A DNA stretch of 64,000 nucleotides from Octopus sinensis (Eukaryota), in the NCBI RefSeq assembly GCF_006345805.1, contig NC_042997.1:213280001-213344000 (forward strand), read 5' to 3'. Below are positions 1 through 11,334 of this stretch, piece after piece (the stretch's first letter is position 1; every line of letters begins with the position of its first letter). The position numbers were made by a program, and so were the translations under genes. The notes beneath the pieces are model-generated. The model worked only from the letters and a program-made list of their open reading frames with translations. It was not told the origin of the DNA and ran no database searches.

Positions 1-1111
1 GATTCTTGCCACATCCTGATCATATGTCTGAGCTGTGAAATCTCAAAGTGGAGAAGTAGTGGTTTAACCTGGAGAGGCTCCCTGGTTTCCAAGCTATGCA
101 CCCAGATTCTTCTGCTCCCTAATCTTTCACTTCCTCAATTTCCTTTCACTTTTATCCCTTGGCTTTATTTTTTTACCCAATGAGCGCATCTCCCTGCAAC
201 CTAAATTCTTCATTGAACTGACAGCATCTCCGTATCTTGCTTGCATGGTTCTCACAGTTATTCATCTGCACCCAGTTTTACGATAGACTACACAGCAGGA
301 AACCTTACCCAAGGTCCCTTCAATGTCAGCCACGATTATCTTCATTTCTTTTTCTTTCTCTTCTTTCTTTCCATCTCTTTCTCTCTATATCATTCTTCTT
401 CTGCTTTAGCTTGCTTCACAGATTCATTTTTCTTTTCATTCAACTCAAGTGGATGTATTTTCCTATGTGTGTGTGTATACATAAATATGTATATGTATAT
501 ATATGCATGTGTCAGTGTCAGTTCTTGTGCCAATGCTTGTTCTGTACCTCCCTCCCCTCCACACCTTGGAATCGATATTCTGTCTCTCCCGTCACACACA
601 CGCTTTTCTGATGTTGTTCCTCTATAACCGTCACCTGCACTCCCCACTTTCCACCAATATCAAACAAACCCAATTTCAACACTTCACTAACACCAACCTC
701 TGCTCGCTCACCATTTATACATTACCATCACTGCTAGCATCCATAAAAAAATCCTTTTTTAAAGGATTGCACACAATCTTTGAGGATACACTGGCATGAC
801 AACTTCGTCTAAGGTTTTCCTTTCATGACATGGAAACATTATCAACCTGGACATCATTCACAGATCTCAATAAAACAAATGAACATTTGTTTGTTTTTAT
901 TAGATTGTTGTGGAATTTTGAAAAGTTTTTTCCGAGTCATCACTTCTGTTTGTTTGCTCTATCCTAAAAAAAATACATTGAGAACACTCCGGGTTTATAA
1001 AAACATTTAAAATAATCATTAAAAAAATCTGTTTGAATACAAGGGCTACTACAATACCTGCAAATAAAGCAACAATATTTGAGCCCTTATTTCCTGTATA
1101 TTATTTCCTTT

Positions 1112-1491
1112 ACAAACAATAACTCTGGGCACCTTTTCAAACTCCACCTGTCTAACACCCGTGGACATGTTTACAAAGTCAGAAAACAGCACAGCTCCTT
1201 CCATGACTTTCAGAAACATTTTTTCATGCTAAGAGTTGCTGAAGCATGGAACAAACTGCCGGCATCAGTTGTTAGTTGTCGGAGCACTGCATCCTTCAAA
1301 ACTTCCATGCTTCCTGAGATTCGCCAACACTACACCTGATTTTCTCCCCTCCATACACATGCAAGCATGTATCTAACTCATACACTGTTCGCTTTCCAGA
1401 CATTTGTACATTACTGCATATACTCTATACGCACTTTTGACAAGTTGTGGTGCACCTGAGCACTGTATACAATAATTTCATTATTATTATT
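1112..1491 (+). mobile_element. CR1/L2-group LINE 3' end fragment
   Basis: Encodes TRGHVYKVRKQH...FFMLRVAEAWNKLPASVV...FK, the typical CR1 ORF2 C-terminus; followed by a 3' UTR and (ATT)n tail; same sequence recurs many times in the window. Confidence 0.85.
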
Positions 1492-2761
1492 GTAAGTAGG
1501 AAGGTAGACAAATCACAAATGCCTTCAGGTAGATGGCCCTGCTCGATCTGTAGAAAAGGTGTAGGTAGAAACTCTATAAAATGCACCAAGTGTAAGCTAT
1601 GGACACATAAGAGATGCAGCAATGTCAAAGGAAGGCTAACTAGGAAAATAGTTTTTGTATGTGGCAGATGCTCAGGAGCAATAAACACTGAAAATGCGCA
1701 GAGACCAACATCCGCCACATTCCAGGGAGAAAAACTAGAAGTAGTTAATAGCTTCCGTTACCTAGGTGACCAAGTCAGTAGTGGGGGAGGCTATAAGAAT
1801 AGCCTGGGCAAAGTTCAGACAGCTCTTACCTCTGCTGGTGACAAAGGGCCACTCGCTCAGAGTAAAAGGCAGACTGTATGATGCATGTGTACGAACAGCC
1901 ATGCTACATGGTAGTGAAACATGGGCTGTGACTGCTGAGGATATGCGTAAGCTCGCAAGAAAGGAAACCAGTATGTTCCGATGGATGTGTAATGTCAGTG
2001 TACATACTCAACAGAGTGTAAATACCTTGAGAGAAAAGCTGGACCTAAGAAGCATCAGATGTTGTGTGCAAGAGAGACGTTTGCACTGGTATGGTCATGT
2101 GGTGAGAATAGATGAAGATAGTTGTATGAAAAAGTGCCACACCCTAGCGATTGAGGGCACCTGTGGAAGAGGTAGACCCAGGAAAACCTGGGACGAGGTG
2201 GTGAAGCACGACCTTCGAACTTTAGGTCTCACTGAGGAAATGACTAGAGACCGAGACCTTTGGAAGTATGCTGTGCGTGAGAAGACCCGGCAGGACAAGT
2301 GAGACTATAACCCGTGGCCTTTACCTGGGATGTAGCCAGTCCACTTATGCATACCTTTCCTTCTTGGGAGACAAAACTCTACTTGTGAAGACCTGTTGAG
2401 GCAAGTGAGAATCAGAATCGAAATCGATCAACATCAATGGAAATTGTAGCTGTGATACCAGCACCGGTGGCACGTAAGAGAACCATCCGAACGTGGCTGT
2501 TGCCAGCGCTGCCCCGACTGGCCTCCATACCGGTGGCACATAAAAAGCACCATTCAATCGTGGCCATTGCCAGCCTCGCCTGGCATGTAAAAAGCACCCA
2601 CTATACTCACGGAGTGGTTGGTGTTAGGAAAGGCATCCAGCCGTAGAAACATTGCCAGATCAGACTGGGCCTGGTGCAGCCAATCTGGCTTCCCAGACCC
2701 CAGTTGAACCGTCCAACCCATGCTAGCATGGAAAGCAGACACTAAACGATGATAATGATGA
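1492..2761 (+). mobile_element. 5'-truncated RTE-clade LINE (RT C-terminus with PHD-like insert, 3' UTR, (GAT)n tail)
   Basis: ORFs 1447-1881 and 1766-2302 give LEVVNSFRYLG, KGRLYDACVRTAMLHGSETW and GRGRPRKTW; one frameshift; 3' UTR with ~60-bp repeats ending in aaacgatgataatgatg. Confidence 0.9.
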
Positions 2762-3155
2762 TTATTATATCTATGATAGCATTCAAGAAAAGGATTGCTG
2801 TGCGCCTCCTCTCAGCAAAGTCACTACTTTCCCCTCTAATTTAGTGACTGGTTTCAGTTCCAGTCTTGTGTGTTTTATAGGTGGATGGAGGAACTCTTAC
2901 GCCAACTGGACAACACTAATAGATATCACCCCTTCCAATATTGTTTCCTTGTCATTACCACCTCCATCTTGTCTCACAAGTTGCCCCAACTATTGCTGCC
3001 AATCCAGTCAACATCATCTACTTCAACCTCCACAGCCACACAACTGTCTCTCTCCTTCATCTATGTATTTCTGATGTTTGTTTTCCTGTTATTTTCAGTC
3101 TCTCTGGTTGTTATCACACTTTCTAATATGTCAGCATTGAAATATCATTAGTTAT

Positions 3156-3170
3156 TTTTCTATATTTCAG
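3156..3170 (+). promoter_or_regulatory. Putative splice acceptor of the ZNF coding exon
   Basis: ttttctatatttcag; the same ctatatttcag acceptor lies ~370 nt upstream of the ZNF ORF at 48349; in-frame stop at 3447-3449 precedes ATG 3522. Confidence 0.55.
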
Positions 3171-3521
3171 GGTATTTGAAAACTAAAGATGTTATCAAGG
3201 AAACAAGAGACTTTATTTGTATCTCTTCAGTTCTGTCTCTGTGAAACATTTCTCATGGATTCCAATATATTTCCTTCATTGGCAGCACATAATTATAGAG
3301 ATCCCATAATATTTTTCTGGTGATGTATCAACAACATTTATTGAGGCTTTCCTCTTGCGAAATGTCTTTCATAACTTTAAATGACTGATGTCTAAGTTCA
3401 AGATTCCATCTTACCCAGTTCCCTTATGACTGAGAAAAGTCTTCATTGAAAATATTTAGAAAAATATTTCTCTGATGAAAATTACAGAAGAAAAGTACTT
3501 TTGCAAAGAAGATTTGAAATT

Positions 3522-4931
3522 ATGGAGAAGAAATTGAATGAGAGTTGCATTCATAATGAAAGGGAGCCTGATAAGGGTCATACAGGGAAGATATACCTGT
3601 GTGACATCTGTGGGAAGTCTTTTAAGATAGGAAGATATTTAATCCAACATAAATTAATCCACACAAATTCAAAACTCTATAATTGTGATACATGTGGTAA
3701 AAGGTTCTCTACAAATCAATGTTTGTCTAACCACAAACGCATTCATACAGGAGAAAAACCATATCATTGTGATATTTGTGGCAAAACATTCTCTCAAAAT
3801 AGCAACTTGTTAAACCACAAACGTATTCATACAGGGGAAAAGCCATATCACTGTGATATTTGTGGTAAATCATTTTCTATAAATAGTAATTTACTGAAAC
3901 ATGTACGTATGCATACAGGTGAGAAACCATATCATTGTGATATCTGTGGCAAAGCATTCTCTGTAAAATGTAGCTTATTGAAACACAAACATACTCATAC
4001 AGGAGAAAAGCCATTCCACTGTGATATTTGTGGTAAAGCATTTTCTGAAAACGGCAATTTACTGAATCACAAACGTATTCACACAGGAGAAAAACCATAT
4101 CACTGTGATATTTGTGGTAAATCATTCTCTGAAAATAGTAATTTATTGAAACATAAGCGCATGCATACAGGTGAGAAACCATATCATTGTGATATCTGTG
4201 GCAAAGCATTCTCCGTAAACAGTCATGTGTCTAAGCACAAACGTATTCACACAGGTGAGAAACCATACCTGTGTGCTATCTGTGGTATGACATTCTCTCA
4301 AAGTTCTAATTTATTAACCCATAAACGTATTCATACAGGAGAAAAGCCATATCATTGTGATATCTGTGGTAAAACTTTCAATGCTAATGGCAATTTATCT
4401 AACCACAAGCGTATTCATACAGGGAAGAAACAATATCACTGTGATATCTGTGGTAAATCACTATCACAGAAAGGTCGTTTAATATCTCATAAACGTATTC
4501 ATACAGGAGAAAAACCATACCACTGTGATATATGTAGCAAAAAGTTCTCTACTAATGAATATTTATCTAACCACAAACGTATTCACACGGGAGAGAAACC
4601 ATACCGCTGTGACATTTGTGGTAAAGCATTCTCTGGGAATAGTCACTTATTGACTCATAGACGTATTCATACAGGTGAGAAACCATATCACTGTGATATC
4701 TGTGGTAAATCATTTTCTGATGGTAGCCATTTATCTAAACACAAACGTATTCACACAGGCGAGAAACCACATCACTGTGATATCTGTGGTAAATCATTCT
4801 CTCAGAATATTAATTTACTAACCCATCGACGTATTCACACGGGAGAGAAACCATATCATTGTGATATCTGTGGCAAAGCATTCTCTCTAAATTGCCATTT
4901 ATCTAATCACAAACGTATTCATACAGGTTAG
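3522..4931 (+). CDS. C2H2 zinc-finger protein, 16 tandem fingers, no KRAB-like domain seen
   Basis: Open frame with repeated CDICGKxF...[11 protein letters not shown]; ATG at 3522 (the ORF track used TTG 3501). Confidence 0.92.
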   Translation: MEKKLNESCIHNEREPDKGHTGKIYLCDICGKSFKIGRYLIQHKLIHTNSKLYNCDTCGKRFSTNQCLSNHKRIHTGEKPYHCDICGKTFSQNSNLLNHKRIHTGEKPYHCDICGKSFSINSNLLKHVRMHTGEKPYHCDICGKAFSVKCSLLKHKHTHTGEKPFHCDICGKAFSENGNLLNHKRIHTGEKPYHCDICGKSFSENSNLLKHKRMHTGEKPYHCDICGKAFSVNSHVSKHKRIHTGEKPYLCAICGMTFSQSSNLLTHKRIHTGEKPYHCDICGKTFNANGNLSNHKRIHTGKKQYHCDICGKSLSQKGRLISHKRIHTGEKPYHCDICSKKFSTNEYLSNHKRIHTGEKPYRCDICGKAFSGNSHLLTHRRIHTGEKPYHCDICGKSFSDGSHLSKHKRIHTGEKPHHCDICGKSFSQNINLLTHRRIHTGEKPYHCDICGKAFSLNCHLSNHKRIHTG

Positions 4932-4991
4932 GAGACATTCCACTGTGATATACATGCCAGATAATACTTTCAACAAGGTAATTTATTAACC

Positions 4992-5615
4992 ATTGCAGCG
5001 TGGAAGGTGTTTATAAGCCATTTAAGAAACACACAAAACCGTTAGATTCACTTCAACATTTAAATTTAATTTGTCAAAATATTTTCGGCGCTTTGAGTCC
5101 AAGACCTGTTCACTGACAAAACTTCGTACTGCATCTCAGTAAATCATTCTCTCAGAATATTAATTTTCTAACCCATCGACGTATTTACACAGGAGAGAAA
5201 CCATATCATGAGGGTTGCATTCATAATGAAAGGGAGCCTGATAAGGGTCATACAGGGAAGATATACCTGTGTGACATCTGTGGGAAGTCTTTTAAGATAT
5301 TTAATCCAACATAAATTAATCCACACAAATTCAGTTACAGTTCCAGTCTTGTGTGTTTTACTGGTGGATGGAGGAACTCTTACACCAACTGGACAACACT
5401 AATAGATATTACCCCTTCCTTCAATATTGTTTCCTTGTCGTGATAACAACCAGAGAGACTAAAAATAACAGGAAAACACTTAAATTTAAATGTTGAAGTG
5501 AATCTAACGGTTTTGTGTGTTTCTTAAATGGCTTATAAACACCTTCCACGCTGCAATTGTTTTCGTTCCAGCACACGATCTCAGATCAAGTCACTCGCTA
5601 TGCAAGTACATCTCC
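4992..5615. mobile_element. Composite insertion: Penelope-like repeat ends in inverted orientation around four captured pieces of the local ZNF locus
   Basis: 77-bp inverted repeat 4992-5068/5481-5557; direct repeat gtaatttattaacc at 4978-4991 and 5616-5629; internal pieces match 4789-4859, 3538-3671, 2851-2953 and (inverted) 3079-3117. Confidence 0.8.
5070..5120 (-). ncRNA. Minimal type I hammerhead-ribozyme-like motif (G3:C8 variant)
   Basis: Minus strand UUUGUCA-GUGAACA-GGUC..GCGCC-GAAA-AUAU-UU-UGACAAA: 7-bp stem I, core UGA..A/GAAA, palindromic stem III; stem II is decayed. Confidence 0.45.
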
Positions 5616-5649
5616 GTAATTTATTAACCTGTAAGCATTTATAATTAAC

Positions 5650-6137
5650 AGAACCATACATATCTACTATGCAATTTACACCAGCAATGCTACAACAACA
5701 CCTTAAGAATAAACGCAACTATGCCTCTCCTGGTCTCGATGGTGTTACATACCTACTTCTCAAATGCGGTGGGTACTTTCTTCTAAGCCAACTTTCTCTA
5801 TTCTTCCAATTCTGTCTTGACAATGGTGTTACTCCAGAACAGTGGAAAACTGCCAGTGTTATCCCTCTGCTCAAAAAAGGCGAACGCACATCACCTGTCA
5901 ACTATCGCAGTTGTTAGTTGTCGGAGCATTGCATCCTTCAAAACTTCCATGCTTCCTGAGATTCGCCAACACTACACCTGATCTTTCTCCCCTCCATACA
6001 CACACAAGCATGTATCTGACTCATACACTGTTCACTTTCCAGACATTTGTACATTACTGCATATACTCTATACGCACTTTCTGACAAGTTGTGGTGCACC
6101 TGAGCACTATACAATAATTTCATTATTATTATTATTA
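5650..6137 (+). mobile_element. Internally deleted CR1-like LINE
   Basis: SPGLDGV...PEQWKTASVIPLLKKGERTSPVNYR (RT N-terminal domains) joined at ~5909 directly to the CR1 3' end and (ATT)n tail. Confidence 0.8.
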
Positions 6138-6201
6138 CTTGTAATATTTGTGCTAAAACATTGTCTTATTAACCTATTATCTAAGTATTATCAGATATAT
6201 T

Positions 6202-6581
6202 CTGTAGAGGCGCAATGGCCCAATGGCAGCGGACTCGCGGTCATAGGATCGCATTTTCGATTCCCAGACCGGGCGTTGTGAGTGTTTATTGAGCGAAAAC
6301 ACCTAAAGCTCCATGAGGCTCCGGCAGGGGATGGTGGTGATCCCTGCTGTACTCTTTCACCACAACTTTCTCTCACTCTTACTTCCTGTTTCTGTTGTAC
6401 CTGTATTTCAAAGGGCCGGCCTTGTCACTCTCTGTGTCACGCTGAATATCCCCGAGAACTACGTTAAGGGTACATGTGTCTGTGGAGTGCTCAGCCACTT
6501 ACACGTTAATTTCACAAGCAGGCTGTTCCGTTGATTCGGATCAACCGGAACCCTCGTCGTCGTAACCGACGGAGTGCTTCC
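6202..6581 (+). mobile_element. tRNA-derived SINE, family A
   Basis: A/B-box-like head (tggcccaatgg...ttcgattccc); near-identical copies at 37266 and 39990; 12-bp TSD atcagatatatt at 6190-6201 and 6582-6593. Confidence 0.9.
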
Positions 6582-7412
6582 ATCAGATATATTTACTCAC
6601 ACACACACAAAAGGTAAACCATGGCTCAGTTCTTGTGTCCAAATTTAGTTACATTAAGATTACTCCCGGTCTTTTCACAATGGTTTTAAATGGATTTGGA
6701 TTTCTAGAGTTTCTGGAATTGATGTATATATTTTTCACTTTTGATGTAAAATGGTAACAATAAAATAACCAGCTGTTTCGATACTTAATTATCTAAACCA
6801 GTTGTTATTGATTAGCTTTAAGTCAGCTCTGATCCAGCAGCAGTCTTATGGCCCATTGGCAGTTGGTCCTTTCTTAGAATTAGTTGAAGTTTCATAATTT
6901 GCTATTTGCCAAAATATTCACAAATTATTGAACTATTTGCAAATTTGACCAAAAAAAAAAATCTTATTATATTTCATAATTTTAGAAAATGTTCTTGCTG
7001 AGAAATGTGTTGTATATCATATTTTTTGATACCAGCAACAATATCATTTTGACCACAGATTCTAGCTAGTACTCAATCTCAGTTCAGTGAAGCCTTAGCA
7101 ACTGTTTGGGCTACAAACTGTCATTTTTTAACTTGGAAGTAAACTCTTGCTCACATCTAAACTTTGTCTTCTTGAATTCATTTTAAATCTAAACAAGGAA
7201 TTTCTAAACATTTCTTCAAGAATACAGCTGACAGCATTCACCTTTGATTTTACATTTGTTAAGGAAACACACTTCTTTATGCTGATGTATTCTTTAAAAT
7301 AAATTTTAGGCTACAATCTCATTTAGCTAATAATTTTAATCACTGGATAGAAACTAATGTATTACATCTAAATCTATCATCGTAAAAAAAAAAATGAATG
7401 TGAAAGAAATCA

Positions 7413-7797
7413 GAGTGGCCGTGTGGTAAGTAGCTTGCTAACCAACCACATGGTTCCGGGTTCAGTCCCACTGCGTGGCATCTTGGGCAAGTGTCTTCTG
7501 CTATAGCCCCGGACCGACCAATGCCTTGTGAGTGGATTTGGTAGACGGAAACTGAAAGAAGCCTGTCGTATATATGTATATATATATGTGTGTGTGTTTG
7601 TCTCCCTAGCATTGCTTGACAACCGATGCTGGTGTGTTTATATCCCCGTCACTTAGCGGTTCGGCAAAAAGAGACCGATAGAATAAGTACTGGGCTTACA
7701 AAGAATAAGTCCCGGGGTCGAGTTGCTCGACTAAAGGCGGTGCTCCAGCATGGCCGCAGTCAAATGACTGAAACAAGTAAAAGAGTAAAAGAGAGTA
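7413..7797 (+). mobile_element. tRNA-derived SINE, family B (CORE-like segment cttgggcaagtgtctt)
   Basis: Head gtggccgtgtggtaag...ggttcagtccc, internal (TA/TG)n, tail gaaacaagtaaaagag; highly similar copy at 38352-38753. Confidence 0.88.
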
Positions 7798-8254
7798 ACT
7801 GATCAAAAAACGTAAGCTATGTGTAGCTGAAAGAACTCAGATCCTTTTCAGATCCGAGAACTGCTGAGTCACTTCTGAACTTTAGAGTCAAAATGTTCAA
7901 CAGCTGTAAGCATATGCCTTAAGTCCCTGTTGGAGAATTGGGAAGTACCTCCCCCACTAGATTAAATAATTGTAGTAGAAGCTCTAAGCCACTGGCTTTT
8001 CAGCCTTATATTTTACGGTCGAAGGGAAATAACTCTTTTGTTTCTGATTGCTTTTTCATTTCTTGGTACTTTTTATATCTACTTCCTTCTTGCCTTTTCT
8101 CCCTTTTTCTTTCGTTATGCCATGGGGTCAGTTTCTGATGATTGTGCTAGGATACCAGACATGTTATAAAAATGTTTGCCATGTTCTCAGCATATGAAAC
8201 TAATAGTAAGTAACACATAAAAGCATATACTGTGTTTATTAAATAATACATACA

Positions 8255-8264
8255 TATTTGTGTA

Positions 8265-8309
<45 letters not shown>

Positions 8310-8315
8310 ATGTAT

Positions 8316-8352
<37 letters not shown>

Positions 8353-8529
8353 TTGTATATGTATATATATATAGTAAAAGTAATTAAGATTCAGTGAGTT
8401 CTGTTGAATTCACATGAATGAGGTACTTAACTTAGATGCACCAGAAATCTATATGGTATTAACCATAAGATAATGTGAGGTGATTATAAGCAAGAAAAAA
8501 AATAATATATATATATATATATATATTTG

Positions 8530-8573
<44 letters not shown>

Positions 8574-8612
8574 CATATATATTTGTATATATATATATAT
8601 ATATTTGTATAT
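8255..8612. repeat. Two (TA)n/(TG)n microsatellite blocks
   Basis: Runs at ~8255-8372 and ~8505-8612. Confidence 0.9.
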
Positions 8613-8614
8613 AT

Positions 8615-8885
8615 CACATGACCGACCAGACCATCAGATGTTACACATCGCTGGTCACAATGCGTTCGCATTGTTTTAGCCTTCGAATGACGCCACCCCG
8701 CTGGCTAAGCGAGCAGGCTAACAGAAGAAAGAGTGGTGAAAGAGTACAGCAGGGATCACCACCCCCTGCCGGAGCCTCGTGGGGATTTTAGGTGTTTTCG
8801 CTCAATAAACACACACAATGCCCGGTCTGGGAATCGAAACCGCAATCCTGCGACCGCAAGTCCGCTGCCCTAACCACTAGGCCAT
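8615..8885 (-). mobile_element. SINE sharing the family A head and core but with a different 3' tail
   Basis: Matches family A from the head to gaaagagtacagcaggg, then a distinct tail (ggctaagcgagcagg...atgtgaccgacc). Confidence 0.8.
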
Positions 8886-8958
8886 ATATATATATATAAA
8901 GTTAATCCAAACATGAAAGCACAAAAAAACAACAACACGAGGACGTGGAACAAATATA

Positions 8959-10363
8959 GAATCGAAGGGCCTTAGAGTCAATCTAGCTAAAACCAAAGTC
9001 ATAATAAGTAGGAAGGTAGACAAATCACAAACGCCTTCAGGTAGATGGCCCTGCTCGATCTGTAGAAAAGGTGTAGGTAGAAACTCTATAAGATGCACCA
9101 AGTGTAAGCTATGGACACATAAGAGGTGCAGCAATGTTGAAGGAAGGCTAACTAGGAAGATGGTTTTTGTATGTGGCAGATGCTCAGGAACAATAAACAC
9201 TGAAAATGCTCTGAGACCAACTTCTGTTACTTTCCAGGAAGAAAAACTAGAAATAGTTGATAGCTTCCGTTACCTAGGTGACCAAGTCAGTAGCGGGGGC
9301 GGGTGTGCTGAAAGTGTAACTGCTAGAGTAAGAATAGCTTGGGCAAAGTTCAGAGAGCTCTTACCTCTGCTGGTGACAAAAGGCCTCTTGCTCAGAGTAA
9401 AAGGCAGACTGTATGACACGTGTGTACGAACAGCCATGCTACATGGCAGTGAAACATGGGCTGTGACTGCTGAGGATATGCATAAGCTCACAAGAAATGA
9501 AGCCAGTATGCTCCGATGGATGTGTAATGTCAGTACTCATACTCGACAGAGTGTAAGTACCTTGAGAGAAAAGCTGGACCTAAGAAGCATCAGTTGTGGT
9601 GTGCAAGAGAGATGTTTGCGCTGGTATGGTCATGTGGCGAGAATGGATGTAGATAGTTGTGTGAAAAAGTGCCACACCCTAGCAGTTGAGGGAACCTGTG
9701 GAAGAGGCAGACCCAGGAAAACCTGGTATGAGGTGGTGAAGCACGACCTTCGAACTTTAGGTCTCACTGAGGAAATGACTAGAGACCGAGACCTCTGGAA
9801 GTATGCTGTGCGCGAGAAGACCCGGCAGGACAAGTGAAACCATAACCCGTGGCCTTCTACATGGGATGTAGACAGCCCACTTATGCATACCTTTCCTTCT
9901 TGGGACACAAAACTCTACATGTGAAGACCTGTTGAGGCAAGTGAGAATCGAAATCGATCAATGGAAATTGCAGCTGAGTTACCAGTGCCGGTGGCACGTA
10001 AGAGAACCATCCGAATGTGGCCGTTGCCAGTGCCGCCCTGACTGGCCTCGTGCCGGTGGCACATAAAAAGCACCATCCGTTCATGGCCGTTGCCAGCGCC
10101 GCCCAGACTGGCCTCGTGCCAGTGGCACGTACAAAGCACCATCCGTCTGTGGCGTTTGCCAGCCTTGCTTGGCCCCCGTGCCGGTGGCACGTAAAAGGCA
10201 CCATCCGTTCGTGGCCGTTGCCAGCGCCGCCCCGACTGGCCACGGACGGATGGTGCTTTTTACGTGCCACCCGCACAGGTGCCAGACGGGGCTGGCAAAC
10301 GGCCACAGACGGATGGTGCTTTTTACGTGACACCGACATGGAGGCCAGTCGGGGCGGTGCTGG

Positions 10364-10367
<4 letters not shown>
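8959..10367 (+). mobile_element. 5'-truncated RTE LINE with expanded 3' UTR repeats and an inverted terminal segment
   Basis: SKGLRVNLAKTKV-PHD-like insert-LEIVDSFRYLG...GRGRPRKTW open to the stop at 9837; UTR repeats flip orientation at tggcca 10237-10242. Confidence 0.9.
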
Positions 10368-10410
<43 letters not shown>

Positions 10411-10490
10411 CATATATATATAATATATATTATATATATATAATATATATTATATATAATATATATAATATATATATATAATATATATAA
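10368..10490. repeat. (TA)n microsatellite
   Basis: Direct reading. Confidence 0.95.
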
Positions 10491-11334
10491 AGTCCCTGAC
10501 CTAGAGTAACGTGGTGGTGGACTAATATGGTAGACAAAGCCATCAGAGCAAAGAAACAGGCTAAATCAGCTAAATCACATATATGTGATTTAGCTGATGA
10601 ATACTTGACATTATATTTGCTGTAATATTTGCAGCTTTAAATAAAATGTTCTTAGTATGAAACAATTGTACTAAACTACCGATCATTTCTTGTTGCTTTT
10701 TTCTTGGTTATATATATATATATATACACACATATATCGTCAGTAGTTCATATATCCCAAAAAGAAGTATACTCTAAAGCAGTAGAGCAGTGATATATTT
10801 TTTTAGGAAGTTAGATGTTGTGGCCGGCCATAGAGTGACCATTGGTTTTGCACCTATGAAGTGCTTAACAATACAGGTAATTCATCAGGCTCAATTGACC
10901 AAAGGTGCATAACCTCTCTACAACTGGAGGAATAAATATGTCAGTTTTGTAAACAAAAAATATTTGACTGTGCATGGATGCTGCAGGTGGGATGCGGTTC
11001 TCTTGCATCAGCTCTGGTTATATTCATGGTGATATTCGAAGAAGCTGCAGCAGGCCTATTCAATGAATTGCAAATTCCAAGCCTGTAGAAGAAAACGTTT
11101 TAGATGAGGACATTGACTAAAAACTTCTTTCTTGAAGACTTTTAGAAAGGTCCCCAGGTTGAGCAAGTTTTTTAGGATTCTTGCTATCTCGCTGCTAAGC
11201 CAAGCTTACATTGTTTTCTCCCATCTATATAAGTCCCTGGTTTTTGGAAGAGCTTCCATTTATGTATGAGGTTCTTACCTATTTTAAGCACCACATGTAG
11301 CTGCCAGGGATGTGATGTTGCACATCATATCCCT

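Noticed and set aside
237-830. Overlapping ORFs of 85-128 aa at the window start
   Set aside because: Pyrimidine-rich and microsatellite sequence, probably old LINE UTR; no domain.
6207-6275. tRNA genes at the SINE heads
   Set aside because: A/B-box-like motifs are present, but there is no convincing cloverleaf and the sequence continues into SINE bodies with TSDs.
6191-6534. ORFs inside SINE copies (also 7340-7622, 38272-38771, 40041-40296)
   Set aside because: They lie wholly within non-coding SINE sequence; repeated peptides reflect repeat copies.
8899-8958. Short Penelope-like end fragments here and at ~13200-13285, ~36300-36385 and ~43290-43470
   Set aside because: They resemble repeat termini, but I found no complete hammerhead or ORF in them, so they are not annotated.
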